A stretch of 64,000 bases of DNA from an uncultured delta proteobacterium. Its GTDB lineage: Bacteria; Myxococcota_A; UBA9160; SZUA-336. The position numbers and the translations under genes are program-made. The stretch spans positions 64,001 to 128,000 of the forward strand of contig CAVPHD010000004.1 in NCBI GenBank assembly GCA_963704165.1, given 5' to 3'. Shown here piece after piece: positions 11,016-21,083 of this stretch. The first letter of the stretch is position 1; every line of letters begins with the position of its first letter. Below the pieces are notes generated by a model. It was not told the DNA's origin and made no database searches. It saw nothing but the letters and a program-made list of their open reading frames with translations.

Positions 11016-12899
11016 ATGGAACGCCGCCTCTCACGCACGCTAGCGACCTACTTCACGCTCAGCTATGGCGCGGTGCTCGCGACCCTTCTGCCGTTTCTGC
11101 AGGCCGCCGCGCGCGGCGATGCGATCGCGGTCGCCTTCGCGCTCTCGGTCTACCTGACGTACGCGGTGCTCTACCTGGCGCCGATCATCGCCGCCACGTA
11201 CGCGCTGTACGCTGTGCTCGGGCTCATGCGCGTGAAGCGCGTGCAGACGCTGGTCACCGGCGGGATGGCCGTGTGCGGCACGGCCCTGCTGGAGGTCTGC
11301 CTGTACGCGGACGGGCGCTTGTATCAGCTCTACGGCTTTCACCTGAACGGCATGGTCTGGAATCTCCTGACCACCCGCGGCGGCGTGGAGTCGCTCGACA
11401 GCGGAGAGGCGACGCTCGCGAGTTTCGCCACGGTCGCGCTCGGCTTCTGGATCCTGCAAGCCGGGCTCTTGTTCTCGTCACACCATTGGTTCGGTGGGTT
11501 CGCATCAGCGCGCTTCCTCAGGTTCCGCCGGGTCCGCTTCGCACTCCTCGCGCTCGTAGTGCTGGTCGGATTCGAGCACTCGACCTACGCGTTCGCTTAC
11601 GCGACGCACGACGCTTCGGTTTTAGCGGCGGCCGAGAAGTTCCCGTACTACGTGCCGACACGCGCGCGAGAGATGAGTTCTCTTCTGGGCCTCGGGGTCG
11701 CCGAGGGCTCCGCCCCGACAGTCGAGCCCTCGACCGGCCGGATCCACTACCCGCTGCACGAGATCGAGCGCGAGCCCCACCGCGCGTACAACATCGTCTG
11801 GCTCGTCGCCGAATCCTTGCGTGCCGACGCGCTGGATGTCGGGATCATGCCCGAGACCTTCGCGTTCGCGAATCGGTCGCAGTGGTACCGGACCCACTAC
11901 AGCGGCGGAAATTGCACGCGGATGGGGGTCTTCTCGATGTTCTACGGGCTCCATGGCGCCTACTGGTTTCCGTTTCACGATCAGGAGCGAGGACCGGTCT
12001 TGATGGACGTGATGATCGACGATGCCTACCAGTTCGACCTGCGCACCAGCGCCAGGTTCAGCTATCCCGAATTCGACGAGACCGTTTTCGCTCGAGCGCC
12101 GCGCGAGCGGATGCACGAGGCGGCCGACAAGCCAGGTTGGCGATCGGATGAGGTGCACGTCGGTCGAATGCTCGACTTCATCTCGGCGCGAGACCCGAAG
12201 CGTCCGTTCATGACGTTTCTCTTTCTCGAGTCACCGCATGCGCGCTACCAGTTCCCGCCCGAGTCGGTGATCCGACGGCCGTACCTGGAACAGGTGAACT
12301 ACGCGACGATGGATCTGGCGCGTGACGTCGAGCTGATCAGGAATCGGTACCTCAACTCGGTCCACCATCTGGACGGGCAGCTCGGGCGGGTCTTCGCCTA
12401 TCTCGACGTGAATGGACTGCTCGACTCGACGATCGTCGTCGTGACCGGAGACCATGGCGAGGAGTTCATGGAGAAGGGCCGGTGGGGCCACGGTTCGGGT
12501 TTCAGCGAGGAGCAGACGCGCGTGCCGCTCGTTCTCCGGATCCCCGGGCGACCGCCCGCGCAGATCGATCGCATGACGAGCCATCTGGACATCGCCCCGA
12601 CTCTCTTGAGCCTGCTCGGCGTGGTGAACCCTTCGAGCGACTACTCACTCGGCCTCGACCTGCTCGACGGCCCCGAGCGTACCTCGACGGTCGTGAGCGG
12701 CTGGAACGAGCTTGTGATCATCGCCGACGATCACAAGATCGTCTTCCCGGTCGGCAGGTTCGATGGGTCGCTGCGCAGCCGTGTGACGACCCGTGAGGAC
12801 GCCGATGTCAGCCTCCCGGAGGTCGTGCTGTCCGGGAATCGACCTCGCGTCCTCGGGCTTCTGAGCGAGCTGCGTCGATTCGTCGGATCGAGAAGCTGA
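11016..12899 (+). CDS. Membrane-anchored sulfatase-like hydrolase (YejM/PbgA-like)
   Basis: About 5 N-terminal TM helices, YGFHLNGMVW, NIVWLVAESLR, ESPH, TGDHGEEF, SHLDIAPTLL. Confidence 0.85.
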   Translation: MERRLSRTLATYFTLSYGAVLATLLPFLQAAARGDAIAVAFALSVYLTYAVLYLAPIIAATYALYAVLGLMRVKRVQTLVTGGMAVCGTALLEVCLYADGRLYQLYGFHLNGMVWNLLTTRGGVESLDSGEATLASFATVALGFWILQAGLLFSSHHWFGGFASARFLRFRRVRFALLALVVLVGFEHSTYAFAYATHDASVLAAAEKFPYYVPTRAREMSSLLGLGVAEGSAPTVEPSTGRIHYPLHEIEREPHRAYNIVWLVAESLRADALDVGIMPETFAFANRSQWYRTHYSGGNCTRMGVFSMFYGLHGAYWFPFHDQERGPVLMDVMIDDAYQFDLRTSARFSYPEFDETVFARAPRERMHEAADKPGWRSDEVHVGRMLDFISARDPKRPFMTFLFLESPHARYQFPPESVIRRPYLEQVNYATMDLARDVELIRNRYLNSVHHLDGQLGRVFAYLDVNGLLDSTIVVVTGDHGEEFMEKGRWGHGSGFSEEQTRVPLVLRIPGRPPAQIDRMTSHLDIAPTLLSLLGVVNPSSDYSLGLDLLDGPERTSTVVSGWNELVIIADDHKIVFPVGRFDGSLRSRVTTREDADVSLPEVVLSGNRPRVLGLLSELRRFVGSRS

Positions 12900-12932
12900 A
12901 CGGGCGAGCGTCCATTCGGTTAGACTGAGCCG

Positions 12933-15320
12933 ATGCGACGATGGAATCCTCTCCCGCTGGTAGTTCTGTGCCTCTTTGCGGTCCCCGGCGCACATGCCGC
13001 TCAGCTGATCCTGAACGAGTTCAACGCCGTCTCGTCGTCGAACTACCTGAACGGCGGGACGCTCGGAGCCGACCTCGATGGCGGGCAGGCATCGGACCCG
13101 GCTTTCGGGCGCGTGCTCGGAAACGGCGGCGACTGGTTCGAGCTCGTCGTCGTCGCCGATCACCTCGACGCACGCGGTTGGAAGCTCGCGATCTGCGACA
13201 ACGGCGTCTGCGATGAAGAGCTCGTCTTCAGCCAGAACGCGCTCTGGTCGGATCTGCGAGCGGGAACGATCATCACCGTGGCCGAGGACGTCGCCACCGA
13301 CGTCAGCTACGACCCGGCGGGTGGTGACTGGACGATCAACGTCCAGGCCATCGACGCCGGTCCGGCCGACTACATCACGCCGAACAGCTTCCCCGTCTCG
13401 AACGACAACTGGCAGCTGACGATCCGCACCGCCGCGGACGGGCTCGTCTTCGGCCCGGCGGGCGAGGGGCTGGCACCGGACCCGGCGACCGGCTGCAACC
13501 CTCCACCGGTCGGTGTCAACAGCCGCGAGGTGTTCAAGCTCGAGACCGCGCCGAGCGCGCTCGTCGAGCGCTGCTCGCAATCGTACAACGACGGCACGAC
13601 CAGCAGCTTTGCGGCGGCGAACGCATGGAGCGGTGGAGCGCAGATCCAGGATCTCTCGGCGCTGCGGCTCGGCCTTCCGATTCCCGATCGCGACACCGAC
13701 GGCATTCCGGACGACGGCGATCGCTCCGGCATCGTCGGCGACGCTCCGTGCACGGGCGGCGCGACCGCGAGCTGCGACGACAACTGTCCCGGCGAGCCCA
13801 ATCCGGGCCAGGCCGACACCGGGGGTGTCGCACCGGAGGGATCGAACGGGATCGGTGACGCGTGCGAGTGTGGAGACGTCGACGACGACGGCGACGTCGA
13901 CCCGGCGGATCGCCAACAGCTGCGCGAGAAGCTCTCGGCGCAGATCGTCGACGTCACGGCCCCTGCCAAGTGCGGTGTGGTGAACGACGGTGCGTGCAAC
14001 GTCGCGGACGCATCCGTCATCCAGCGCGCCACGGACGGCCTCGCGCCCGGGATCGCGCCGGCCTGCGCCGCGGCCGCCCTGCCAGCCGATCCGGCCGCGC
14101 TCTGGTTCGATCCGGATCGCCTGCTCGAGATCGAAGTCACGATGCAGAAGGCGGACTGGGACGCGATGCGCGTGCAGGCGCGCGACCTCTACGCGGTCTT
14201 CGTCACGCCGACCTGCGGGGATGAGCCGTTCGCCAGTCCCTACACGTTCTTCCACGGTGACGTGGTCGTCGACGGACAGCCGCTGAGCGATGTCGGCGTC
14301 CGCAAGAAGGGTTTCTTCGGCTCGCTCTCCGATACGAAGCCATCGCTGAAGCTCGACTTCGGCGAGTTCGTGTCGGGCCAGCGCCTCGAGGGTCTCGATC
14401 GGATGACGCTGAACAACGCGCTCCAGGATCCGGCCTACGTGAAACAGTGTCTCGGCTACGCGATCCTGGCCGAGGCCGGAATTCCCGCGCCGCGATGCAA
14501 CTACGCGCGTGTGACCGTGCACACCATGGACGGCGCGGTGCAGGCGACGCCCATCGACGGTCTCCTCTACGTCAACGTCGAGTCGATCAAGGAGCCGTTC
14601 CTCGGCCGGGTCTTCGGAAACGGAACGGGCCGGCTCTACGAGGGCACGCTCTCCGACTTCTGGCTGAAGGGGACGCCCACGACGGGCGAGCCGTGGCGCA
14701 ACACGATCGAACCGAAATCGGACGCGGCTGCGGCAGATCAGAGCGAGGTCGATGCGCTGACCGCCGCGCTCGTCAACACCACCTACACCAACGCGGAGCG
14801 TCGCGCGGCGATCGAGGCGGTGATCGATCTCGACGCCTACCTGACGTTCTGGGCCGGTGAGGGGCTGATCGGTCACTGGGACGGCTACGCCGACGACCAG
14901 AACAACTTCTACTTCTACGTGCAGCCGCAGGACGGCAAGATCCACTTCATTCCCTGGGGTGCGGACGATACGTTCGGGCGCGGCAATCCGCTCGGAGGCC
15001 GCACGGGGGATCTGGTCCACTGCCAGGCGATCGTGCCTCGATCCGCGCTCGCGCGCCGACTCTACGCGATGCCCGAGACGCGCGCGTTGTATCTCGGCCG
15101 GCTGCAGCTCCTTCTCGACACGATCTGGAATCCGACGGCGCATCTCGCCGAGATCGACCGGATGCAGGCGCTGATCGAGCCGGTGACCGGCCCGCTCACG
15201 TCGCAGCTCGCGCCGATCCGCACCTGGATCGACGACCATCGCGCGCGCGTTCAGGCCGAGATCGACACACCGCCCGTGGGCTTCGCCGTACAACCGGACC
15301 ACTTCTGCTACTTCGACTGA
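12933..15320 (+). CDS. Secreted multidomain CotH kinase family protein (lamin-tail-like, TSP3-like Ca-binding, dockerin-like, CotH)
   Basis: Signal peptide; LILNEFNA...DWFELV; DTDGIPD/DNCP..NP.QAD; VGVRKKG, KPSLKLDF, HWDGY..NNFYFY, FIPWGADDTF. Confidence 0.85.
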   Translation: MRRWNPLPLVVLCLFAVPGAHAAQLILNEFNAVSSSNYLNGGTLGADLDGGQASDPAFGRVLGNGGDWFELVVVADHLDARGWKLAICDNGVCDEELVFSQNALWSDLRAGTIITVAEDVATDVSYDPAGGDWTINVQAIDAGPADYITPNSFPVSNDNWQLTIRTAADGLVFGPAGEGLAPDPATGCNPPPVGVNSREVFKLETAPSALVERCSQSYNDGTTSSFAAANAWSGGAQIQDLSALRLGLPIPDRDTDGIPDDGDRSGIVGDAPCTGGATASCDDNCPGEPNPGQADTGGVAPEGSNGIGDACECGDVDDDGDVDPADRQQLREKLSAQIVDVTAPAKCGVVNDGACNVADASVIQRATDGLAPGIAPACAAAALPADPAALWFDPDRLLEIEVTMQKADWDAMRVQARDLYAVFVTPTCGDEPFASPYTFFHGDVVVDGQPLSDVGVRKKGFFGSLSDTKPSLKLDFGEFVSGQRLEGLDRMTLNNALQDPAYVKQCLGYAILAEAGIPAPRCNYARVTVHTMDGAVQATPIDGLLYVNVESIKEPFLGRVFGNGTGRLYEGTLSDFWLKGTPTTGEPWRNTIEPKSDAAAADQSEVDALTAALVNTTYTNAERRAAIEAVIDLDAYLTFWAGEGLIGHWDGYADDQNNFYFYVQPQDGKIHFIPWGADDTFGRGNPLGGRTGDLVHCQAIVPRSALARRLYAMPETRALYLGRLQLLLDTIWNPTAHLAEIDRMQALIEPVTGPLTSQLAPIRTWIDDHRARVQAEIDTPPVGFAVQPDHFCYFD

Positions 15321-15339
15321 TCGGAGCTATGCTCGCGGC

Positions 15340-16557
15340 ATGACGTTGCGCGTGATCGACCCGGAGCTCTTTGCCGTCACCGCGGACAGCGTCACTCTCT
15401 CGTTCGTGGTCGCCGACGACGCGGGTCCAGTCGACGCCCGCGCCCGCGTGCTGCTGAACGGAGTGCCGAGCGCCGTCTCCGAAGGCCATGCCGGCACGCG
15501 GCTGGTCCGGATCGAGGGACTCGCACCGGGCACCGAGTACGCGCTCGCGATCGAAGCCGACGGCGGCGCGGCGTCCGAGCCGAGCCGCTACCTGCCCGAG
15601 AGAGTGCGCACGCTCGAAGCCCCACGTGGCAAGCTCGTCGCGCGCTTCGCGACGCTGAACGACCTGCACTTCGGCGAGCCGCATTTCGGCGGCGTGATGA
15701 CCGAAGACCACGAGTACGGTGACGCCGCGCCCGGCTCTCCGCTCGTGCGCGACACGGAATCCGACGTCCCGTACTGGCAGATGATGAACGACGACGCGGT
15801 CGCCGACATCAACGCGTCGGGCGTCGACGCGGTCGTGATCAAAGGCGACATCGCGGACCGCGGTCTGCGTTCGCAGTTCGAGCTCGCCGCGCGGACCTTC
15901 GGGGGATTCTCGGCTCCGTGGCACGCCTTCCTCGGCAATCACGACCACTACGGCGTGCACCACGGCGAAGAGGTCGATGGCTACGCACTTCTGGGTCAGC
16001 CTCGCGCTCCACGCGCGTTCGACCTCGCAGGCTGGCGGCTCGTCCTGCTCGACACGGTCCTGCCGGGCGACCACCACGGGATCTTCCCGGAGGAGCGCCT
16101 GCGCTGGCTCGAAGACGAGCTCGACGGCTCGCGCGAGCGCGTGCAGCCGACGCTCGTGTTGACGCACCACCAGCCCGTGCCGCCCACGCACGCGAAGAGC
16201 TACCCGAATTCGATCGGCATCATTCCCGAGCACTCGACGCGCATCTTCGATCTGCTCGGTCGCAATCCGCAGGTGCAGGGCGTCCTGATCGGGCACACGC
16301 ACCGGAACCGGGTGCGCCGTTATCCCGCCTCGGGCTCGATCCCGTTCGTCGAGGTGAACTGCGTGAAGGACTACCCCGGCGGCTTCGCCGTGTACGAGCT
16401 CTACGACGACGGCACGTTCCGGCAGGAAGTCCGCCGCACGTCGAGCGCTCGCGCTCTCGCACACTCCACTCGCTGCCGGGATTTCTTCAAGGGCGGCTAT
16501 CGCGACTTCGCGCTCGGCACGCTCGCCGACCGCTGCTGGGTGGCTGGGGGCCGCTGA
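15340..16557 (+). CDS. Metallophosphoesterase (CpdA/Icc-like) with N-terminal FN3-like domain
   Basis: NDLHFG, KGDIAD, LGNHD, THHQP, GHTHRN; GLAPGTEY FN3-like motif. Confidence 0.85.
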   Translation: MTLRVIDPELFAVTADSVTLSFVVADDAGPVDARARVLLNGVPSAVSEGHAGTRLVRIEGLAPGTEYALAIEADGGAASEPSRYLPERVRTLEAPRGKLVARFATLNDLHFGEPHFGGVMTEDHEYGDAAPGSPLVRDTESDVPYWQMMNDDAVADINASGVDAVVIKGDIADRGLRSQFELAARTFGGFSAPWHAFLGNHDHYGVHHGEEVDGYALLGQPRAPRAFDLAGWRLVLLDTVLPGDHHGIFPEERLRWLEDELDGSRERVQPTLVLTHHQPVPPTHAKSYPNSIGIIPEHSTRIFDLLGRNPQVQGVLIGHTHRNRVRRYPASGSIPFVEVNCVKDYPGGFAVYELYDDGTFRQEVRRTSSARALAHSTRCRDFFKGGYRDFALGTLADRCWVAGGR

Positions 16558-16617
16558 GCTCGAGCCCCGGCCGCCGCGCTTCCGTCGATCGTCGTCGTGG
16601 CGTCGGGCGAGCGGCCC

Positions 16618-17199
16618 TCAGTCCGACACGAGATCCGCGATCAGCGACGCGCGTGAGGCGCCCGTGAGCTCGGCCGACGCGCGGTAGTTCGGATGCTCGA
16701 CGCGCAGCCGCGCGGAGGTCGCGGGATCGCAGAAGCTGCACGCGAGCTCGGGGCCGAGCGGGAAGCGCACGTACTGCACGGCGGAGATGCGATCCGCCTC
16801 GAACTGCTTGGCGTCGAAGGTCGCGCGCACGCTCTTCCCCGCCACGTCGAGGAAGACGTGCTCGTCGATGCCGACGAGCCGCTGGAGCTCGGACTTGATC
16901 TGCTGCGTCTCGGGGATCTCGATCATCAGCGTCGCCGAGAGCTCGTTCGCTCCGGGCACGAGCTCGTTGTACACCGCGATCTCGTCGAGGATCTTCTCTT
17001 CCTTCACGGCGCGCTCGGCCCGGAGCATCTCCTGGATCTGGAACAGGACGGTGTCGCGGTTCTCGAAGATGAACGTGAGCCGGTCACCGACGGCGACGCG
17101 GCGCGGGCGCTTCAGCTCGATCGTCCGCGTCAGGAACGCCTCGCGGATGCGCTCGTAGCCGGTCAGGTCGAGAACCTCGTCGCGAAGAACGCCTCTCAT
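16618..17199 (-). CDS. DUF3501 family protein
   Basis: [32 protein letters not shown]; overlaps the upstream Fe-S oxidoreductase by 4 bp. Confidence 0.85.
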   Translation of the reverse strand: MRGVLRDEVLDLTGYERIREAFLTRTIELKRPRRVAVGDRLTFIFENRDTVLFQIQEMLRAERAVKEEKILDEIAVYNELVPGANELSATLMIEIPETQQIKSELQRLVGIDEHVFLDVAGKSVRATFDAKQFEADRISAVQYVRFPLGPELACSFCDPATSARLRVEHPNYRASAELTGASRASLIADLVSD

Positions 17200-18455
17200 T
17201 TCAGATCTCCAATGCCGTAGGCCTCGTGCAGCAACACGATCGGGTGTACGGCCTCCTTGCCGGTGCGTTCGCGAATGCGCAGCGCGGAGAGCGGGCAATC
17301 GGTGGCCACGCGCTCGGCTTCGGCGCCTTCGATCTCGAGCACGAGCTTTCCGGCGACCCTCTGGCTCTGCTCCCACCAGCGCGCCTTCATGCCCCAGGTG
17401 CCGTCGACGCCGGAGCAGGCGTCGATCATGCGGACGTCGTCGGAGACCAGTCCGAGCAGCTGCATCGAGCGGAAGCCGATGTTCTGCGCCTTCAGGTGAC
17501 AGGGCAGGTGGTACGCGATTCGGCCGAGCCGCTTCGGGAACTCGCGCACGAGCTTCTTCTCGGCCGCGAGGTTGAACAGGAACTCGCCGAGATCCTGCGT
17601 CGCATTCGCGACCGCCCGCGCATCGTCGGTACCGAGCAGCTCGGGGTATTCGTTCTTCAGCTGGTAGGAGCAGGTCGGGCCCGGGACGACGATCGGCACG
17701 CCTTCGCGAACCCGCGCGATCAGGCCCGCGACGACCTTCGCGGCGTTCTTCTTCGCGCTCTCGAGGTCGCCGCCGTGAAGGAACGGAGCGCCGCAGCACG
17801 CCGCGTAACCGCCCTCGACCGCGATGCCGTTGTGCTCGAGCACCTCGAGCGTCGCACGCGCGGTCTTCGCTTCGCTGTACTCGACGAAGCAGGTGGTGAA
17901 GAGGATCGCCCGCCCGTTCTCGCCCGACACGGTCCGGTGTCCCTGCAGATCCTTCGAGAAAGGCCGGGACTCGTAGGTCGGCATGATCCAGCGCCGGTCG
18001 ATTCCCGTCCCCTTCTCCATCAGGAGTCGAACCGCGCGGTTCTTGAACGCGGCATTGGTCAGCGAAGCGGTGAGACACGACGCCTTGCCCATCAGATCCT
18101 GCTGCGAGCCGATGCGTTCGGCGAGCGGGATCCCCTCCTCGCGAGCCTGAACGATCTTCGCGCGCGACATCAGCTTCGGGAAGTCCACCGCCCACTCGTG
18201 GGGCGGGTGATAGGGGCAGTGGTTGTAACAGAGCTTGCACTGGAAACAGAGATCGATGACCTCGCGGATCTCGGTCTTGGACAGCCTCGAGGCCTCGAGC
18301 TCGTGGGAATCGATCGCGTCGAAGAGCGACGGGAACGACGGGCAGAGCGGCAGGCAGCGCCGGCAGTCGTGACACTTCTCGAAGACGCGGACGAGCTCGG
18401 CGTCGAGCGCGTCGCGTTGCAGATACTCGCTGTCGTGGAGGCTCGCGTTCTTCAT
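17196..18455 (-). CDS. Rubrerythrin-associated Fe-S oxidoreductase (GlpC/HdrD-like)
   Basis: [11 protein letters not shown] and [12 protein letters not shown] 4Fe-4S motifs; CCG domain; YHLPCH, CSG, TDCP. Confidence 0.9.
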   Translation of the reverse strand: MKNASLHDSEYLQRDALDAELVRVFEKCHDCRRCLPLCPSFPSLFDAIDSHELEASRLSKTEIREVIDLCFQCKLCYNHCPYHPPHEWAVDFPKLMSRAKIVQAREEGIPLAERIGSQQDLMGKASCLTASLTNAAFKNRAVRLLMEKGTGIDRRWIMPTYESRPFSKDLQGHRTVSGENGRAILFTTCFVEYSEAKTARATLEVLEHNGIAVEGGYAACCGAPFLHGGDLESAKKNAAKVVAGLIARVREGVPIVVPGPTCSYQLKNEYPELLGTDDARAVANATQDLGEFLFNLAAEKKLVREFPKRLGRIAYHLPCHLKAQNIGFRSMQLLGLVSDDVRMIDACSGVDGTWGMKARWWEQSQRVAGKLVLEIEGAEAERVATDCPLSALRIRERTGKEAVHPIVLLHEAYGIGDLK

Positions 18456-18484
18456 GGCGCTCCCGCGTGGCCGGATGTGGGGCG

Positions 18485-18517
18485 GACGGGGTGGGCGCCC
18501 TCGCGCTCCACCCCGTC
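18485..18517. other. Intergenic GC-rich stem-loop between rbr and the Fe-S oxidoreductase gene
   Basis: GACGGGGTGG (18485-18494) pairs perfectly with CCACCCCGTC (18508-18517); no U-tract. Confidence 0.55.
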
Positions 18518-18532
18518 GTGCTCATTTCGAGA

Positions 18533-18958
<426 letters not shown>

Positions 18959-19417
18959 TCAGTTCTCCTTCGTGACCCGGTTACGGGAAGAGGCCGCCGC
19001 GTTCGAGCCGTGCAACTCGCACGCCTCGCAGAGGCCGTAGAAGTCGATGCGGATCCTGCGCGCCGTGCGGCCGCGCGCGCGGCGCAGCTTGCGCGCGAGC
19101 GCGGGCGGCGCCTGCAGGTGGAGATCGTCGATCGCACCGCAGGCGTCGCAGATGAAGTGGTGGTGGGGCCTGGGATTCCCGTCGTAGCGCAAGCCGCCAC
19201 CCGCGCACGGGACCTCGTCGATCTGCCCCTCCGAGACGAGCACCTCGAGGTTCCGGTAGACGGTGCCGAGCGAGAGGTTCGGCAGCTCGCGCACCAGCGC
19301 CTCGTGCGTCTGTGACGCGGTCGGATGTGACTCGTTCCCGCGCAGCCACTCGAGGATGCGGGCGCGCTGCTTCGTCTGGTGGCGGCGCTTCGCGTTCTCG
19401 GGGGGGCTCGAGGTCAC
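18959..19417 (-). CDS. Fur family transcriptional regulator, PerR-like
   Basis: [35 protein letters not shown]; heads the rbr operon. Confidence 0.9.
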   Translation of the reverse strand: MTSSPPENAKRRHQTKQRARILEWLRGNESHPTASQTHEALVRELPNLSLGTVYRNLEVLVSEGQIDEVPCAGGGLRYDGNPRPHHHFICDACGAIDDLHLQAPPALARKLRRARGRTARRIRIDFYGLCEACELHGSNAAASSRNRVTKEN

Positions 19418-19424
19418 GAACCGC

Positions 19425-19453
19425 AGGATACCCGCGGCTCCCTCGGGGTGCAA
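19425..19453 (-). promoter_or_regulatory. Putative sigma70 promoter of the perR-like/rbr operon
   Basis: Minus strand TTGCAC-17 nt-TATCCT, 7 nt before the GTG at 19417. Confidence 0.6.
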
Positions 19454-19459
19454 CTCGTT

Positions 19460-19476
19460 TCAGGAATAATTCCTGA
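19460..19476. promoter_or_regulatory. Perfect 8-1-8 AT-rich inverted repeat, putative Fur/PerR-family operator
   Basis: TCAGGAAT-A-ATTCCTGA in a GC-rich background, just upstream of the -35 element. Confidence 0.65.
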
Positions 19477-19972
19477 TTCTGATTTCGGCCGGATCAGACC
19501 CCGGCTCGAAGCGCCAACCCGATGTCGATCGTGCGAACGCGGAGCGCGGAGACGACGGCCGCGGGTAGCAGGTCGGGCGGCACGAGTGCGGCGAATGCCG
19601 CGCAGATCCCGAACCCGAGACCGACACCGCAGAGCGAGGCCGCCGACGAATCCGCTGGAGATCGGGTAGATCGCATCGACGAAGCCGAGCAGCTCCGTGA
19701 GATCGAAGCTGCGAAATACGCCGTCGTCGTCGGGATCGAAGCCACCGCGACGCGCGAGACTCGCGGTGAATGCGCGGATCGCAACGCCAGCTCGAACTCC
19801 CGGGAATCCCGACGAGGAGACGCCCTTCGCGCGTGCGATGTCCTGCTCGGCGCAGAGGGCAGTCAGAGTGCCGCGCGCAAGCGGCTCCTGGCGTCCGCGA
19901 GATCGGCCGAGCGAAACCCAAGCCTTGCAGTGGCAGCGCGCGCGCTGCACCGCCACCCGGTATGCTGCCGCC

Positions 19973-20815
19973 ATGTCGGCGGTTCGAAAGATCGCGCTTC
20001 GCGGGATGGAGATGGAGTTCGAGGACGCCGGCGCCGGCGAGCGCGCGTTCGTGCTCGTCCACGGCTTCACCGGCTCACGGGACGACTTCCGCGAGCACGT
20101 TCCGGAGCTGGCGCGTCTGGGCCGCACGATCGCGCTCGACCAGCGCGGGCACGGCGGCAGCTCGAACTCCGGTCGCGACGAGGACTACACGCTCGATGGC
20201 CTGGTCGCAGACCTCGCGGCCGCCTTCGACGCGCTCGGGCTCGAACGCGCGGACCTGCTCGGCCACTCGCTCGGCGGAATGGTCGCGCTGCGCTTCGCGC
20301 TCGCGCATCCCGCGCGCGTGGCTTCGCTCGTGCTCATGGACACCTCGCCGAATCCGCTGCGGATGCCCCTCCCCGAGAAGGCGCGGGCGGGGATCGCGGC
20401 GCTCGCGCGCGAGCGCGGGATGGGCGCCCTGTTCGACTCGATGCGCGAGCTGGCCGCGCGAAATCCCGCTCTGCCGCCGTCCGCGAAGCGAACCCAGGAG
20501 CGCATGGGCACCGACGTGTTCTGGGAGCGGATCCGCCGCAAGATCGAGGCGATGGATCCGGTCGCCTGGGATGCGCTGTCCCGCGCGCTCGGGGAGCAGG
20601 CCTCGGTCGCGGACCGCCTCGGCGAGATCCGCTGCCCGACGCTCGTGATGGTCGGCGCCGAGGATCTCCCGTTCCTCGTGCCCTCCGACCTGATGGAGCG
20701 CGGGATTCCCGGCGCGCGACGCGTCACGATTCCCGATGCCGCGCACAGTCCGCAGCTCGAGAATCCGCCGGCCTGGTCCGAGTCGATCCGCGCACATCTC
20801 GCTCGCTCGCGCTGA
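19973..20815 (+). CDS. Alpha/beta hydrolase (MenH-like fold)
   Basis: LVHGFTGS, DQRGHG, GHSLGG, GAED, AAHSP. Confidence 0.9.
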   Translation: MSAVRKIALRGMEMEFEDAGAGERAFVLVHGFTGSRDDFREHVPELARLGRTIALDQRGHGGSSNSGRDEDYTLDGLVADLAAAFDALGLERADLLGHSLGGMVALRFALAHPARVASLVLMDTSPNPLRMPLPEKARAGIAALARERGMGALFDSMRELAARNPALPPSAKRTQERMGTDVFWERIRRKIEAMDPVAWDALSRALGEQASVADRLGEIRCPTLVMVGAEDLPFLVPSDLMERGIPGARRVTIPDAAHSPQLENPPAWSESIRAHLARSR

Positions 20816-21083
20816 CTCGCGCTCCCTGCCTCGGTTGCATGCAGGAACTCGCGGCAATTGCCGAAGCTCGCGACAGCGGCGGGCTCGAGACCCGCGCCCC
20901 GCGCGCCGCGCGGTCGGCACGCCGGATGCAGTCCGTGACTGCGCTACGGCGACGACCGGTTCGAGCCTCGATCTGGACTCCCTCCCGTGCGATGACCGGA
21001 CCGGTCCGAGACACTCCCGACACGAGCGCCCCTCGGATCGCGAGATCCGAGGGGCCTTCCCGATGTCGGCGCGCGCGAGGGGA

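Noticed and set aside
8309..15302. Very long antisense or alternative-frame ORFs (e.g. 8309-10762, 12645-15302; also 47805-50678, 57853-60237)
   Set aside because: Arg/Ala/Pro-rich shadow frames expected in high-GC coding DNA; no motifs beyond the real genes they overlap.
20816..21083. About 270-bp gap between convergent genes containing the palindrome CGGCAATTGCCG (20852-20863)
   Set aside because: No recognisable RNA family, terminator U-tract or credible ORF; a short palindrome alone is insufficient.
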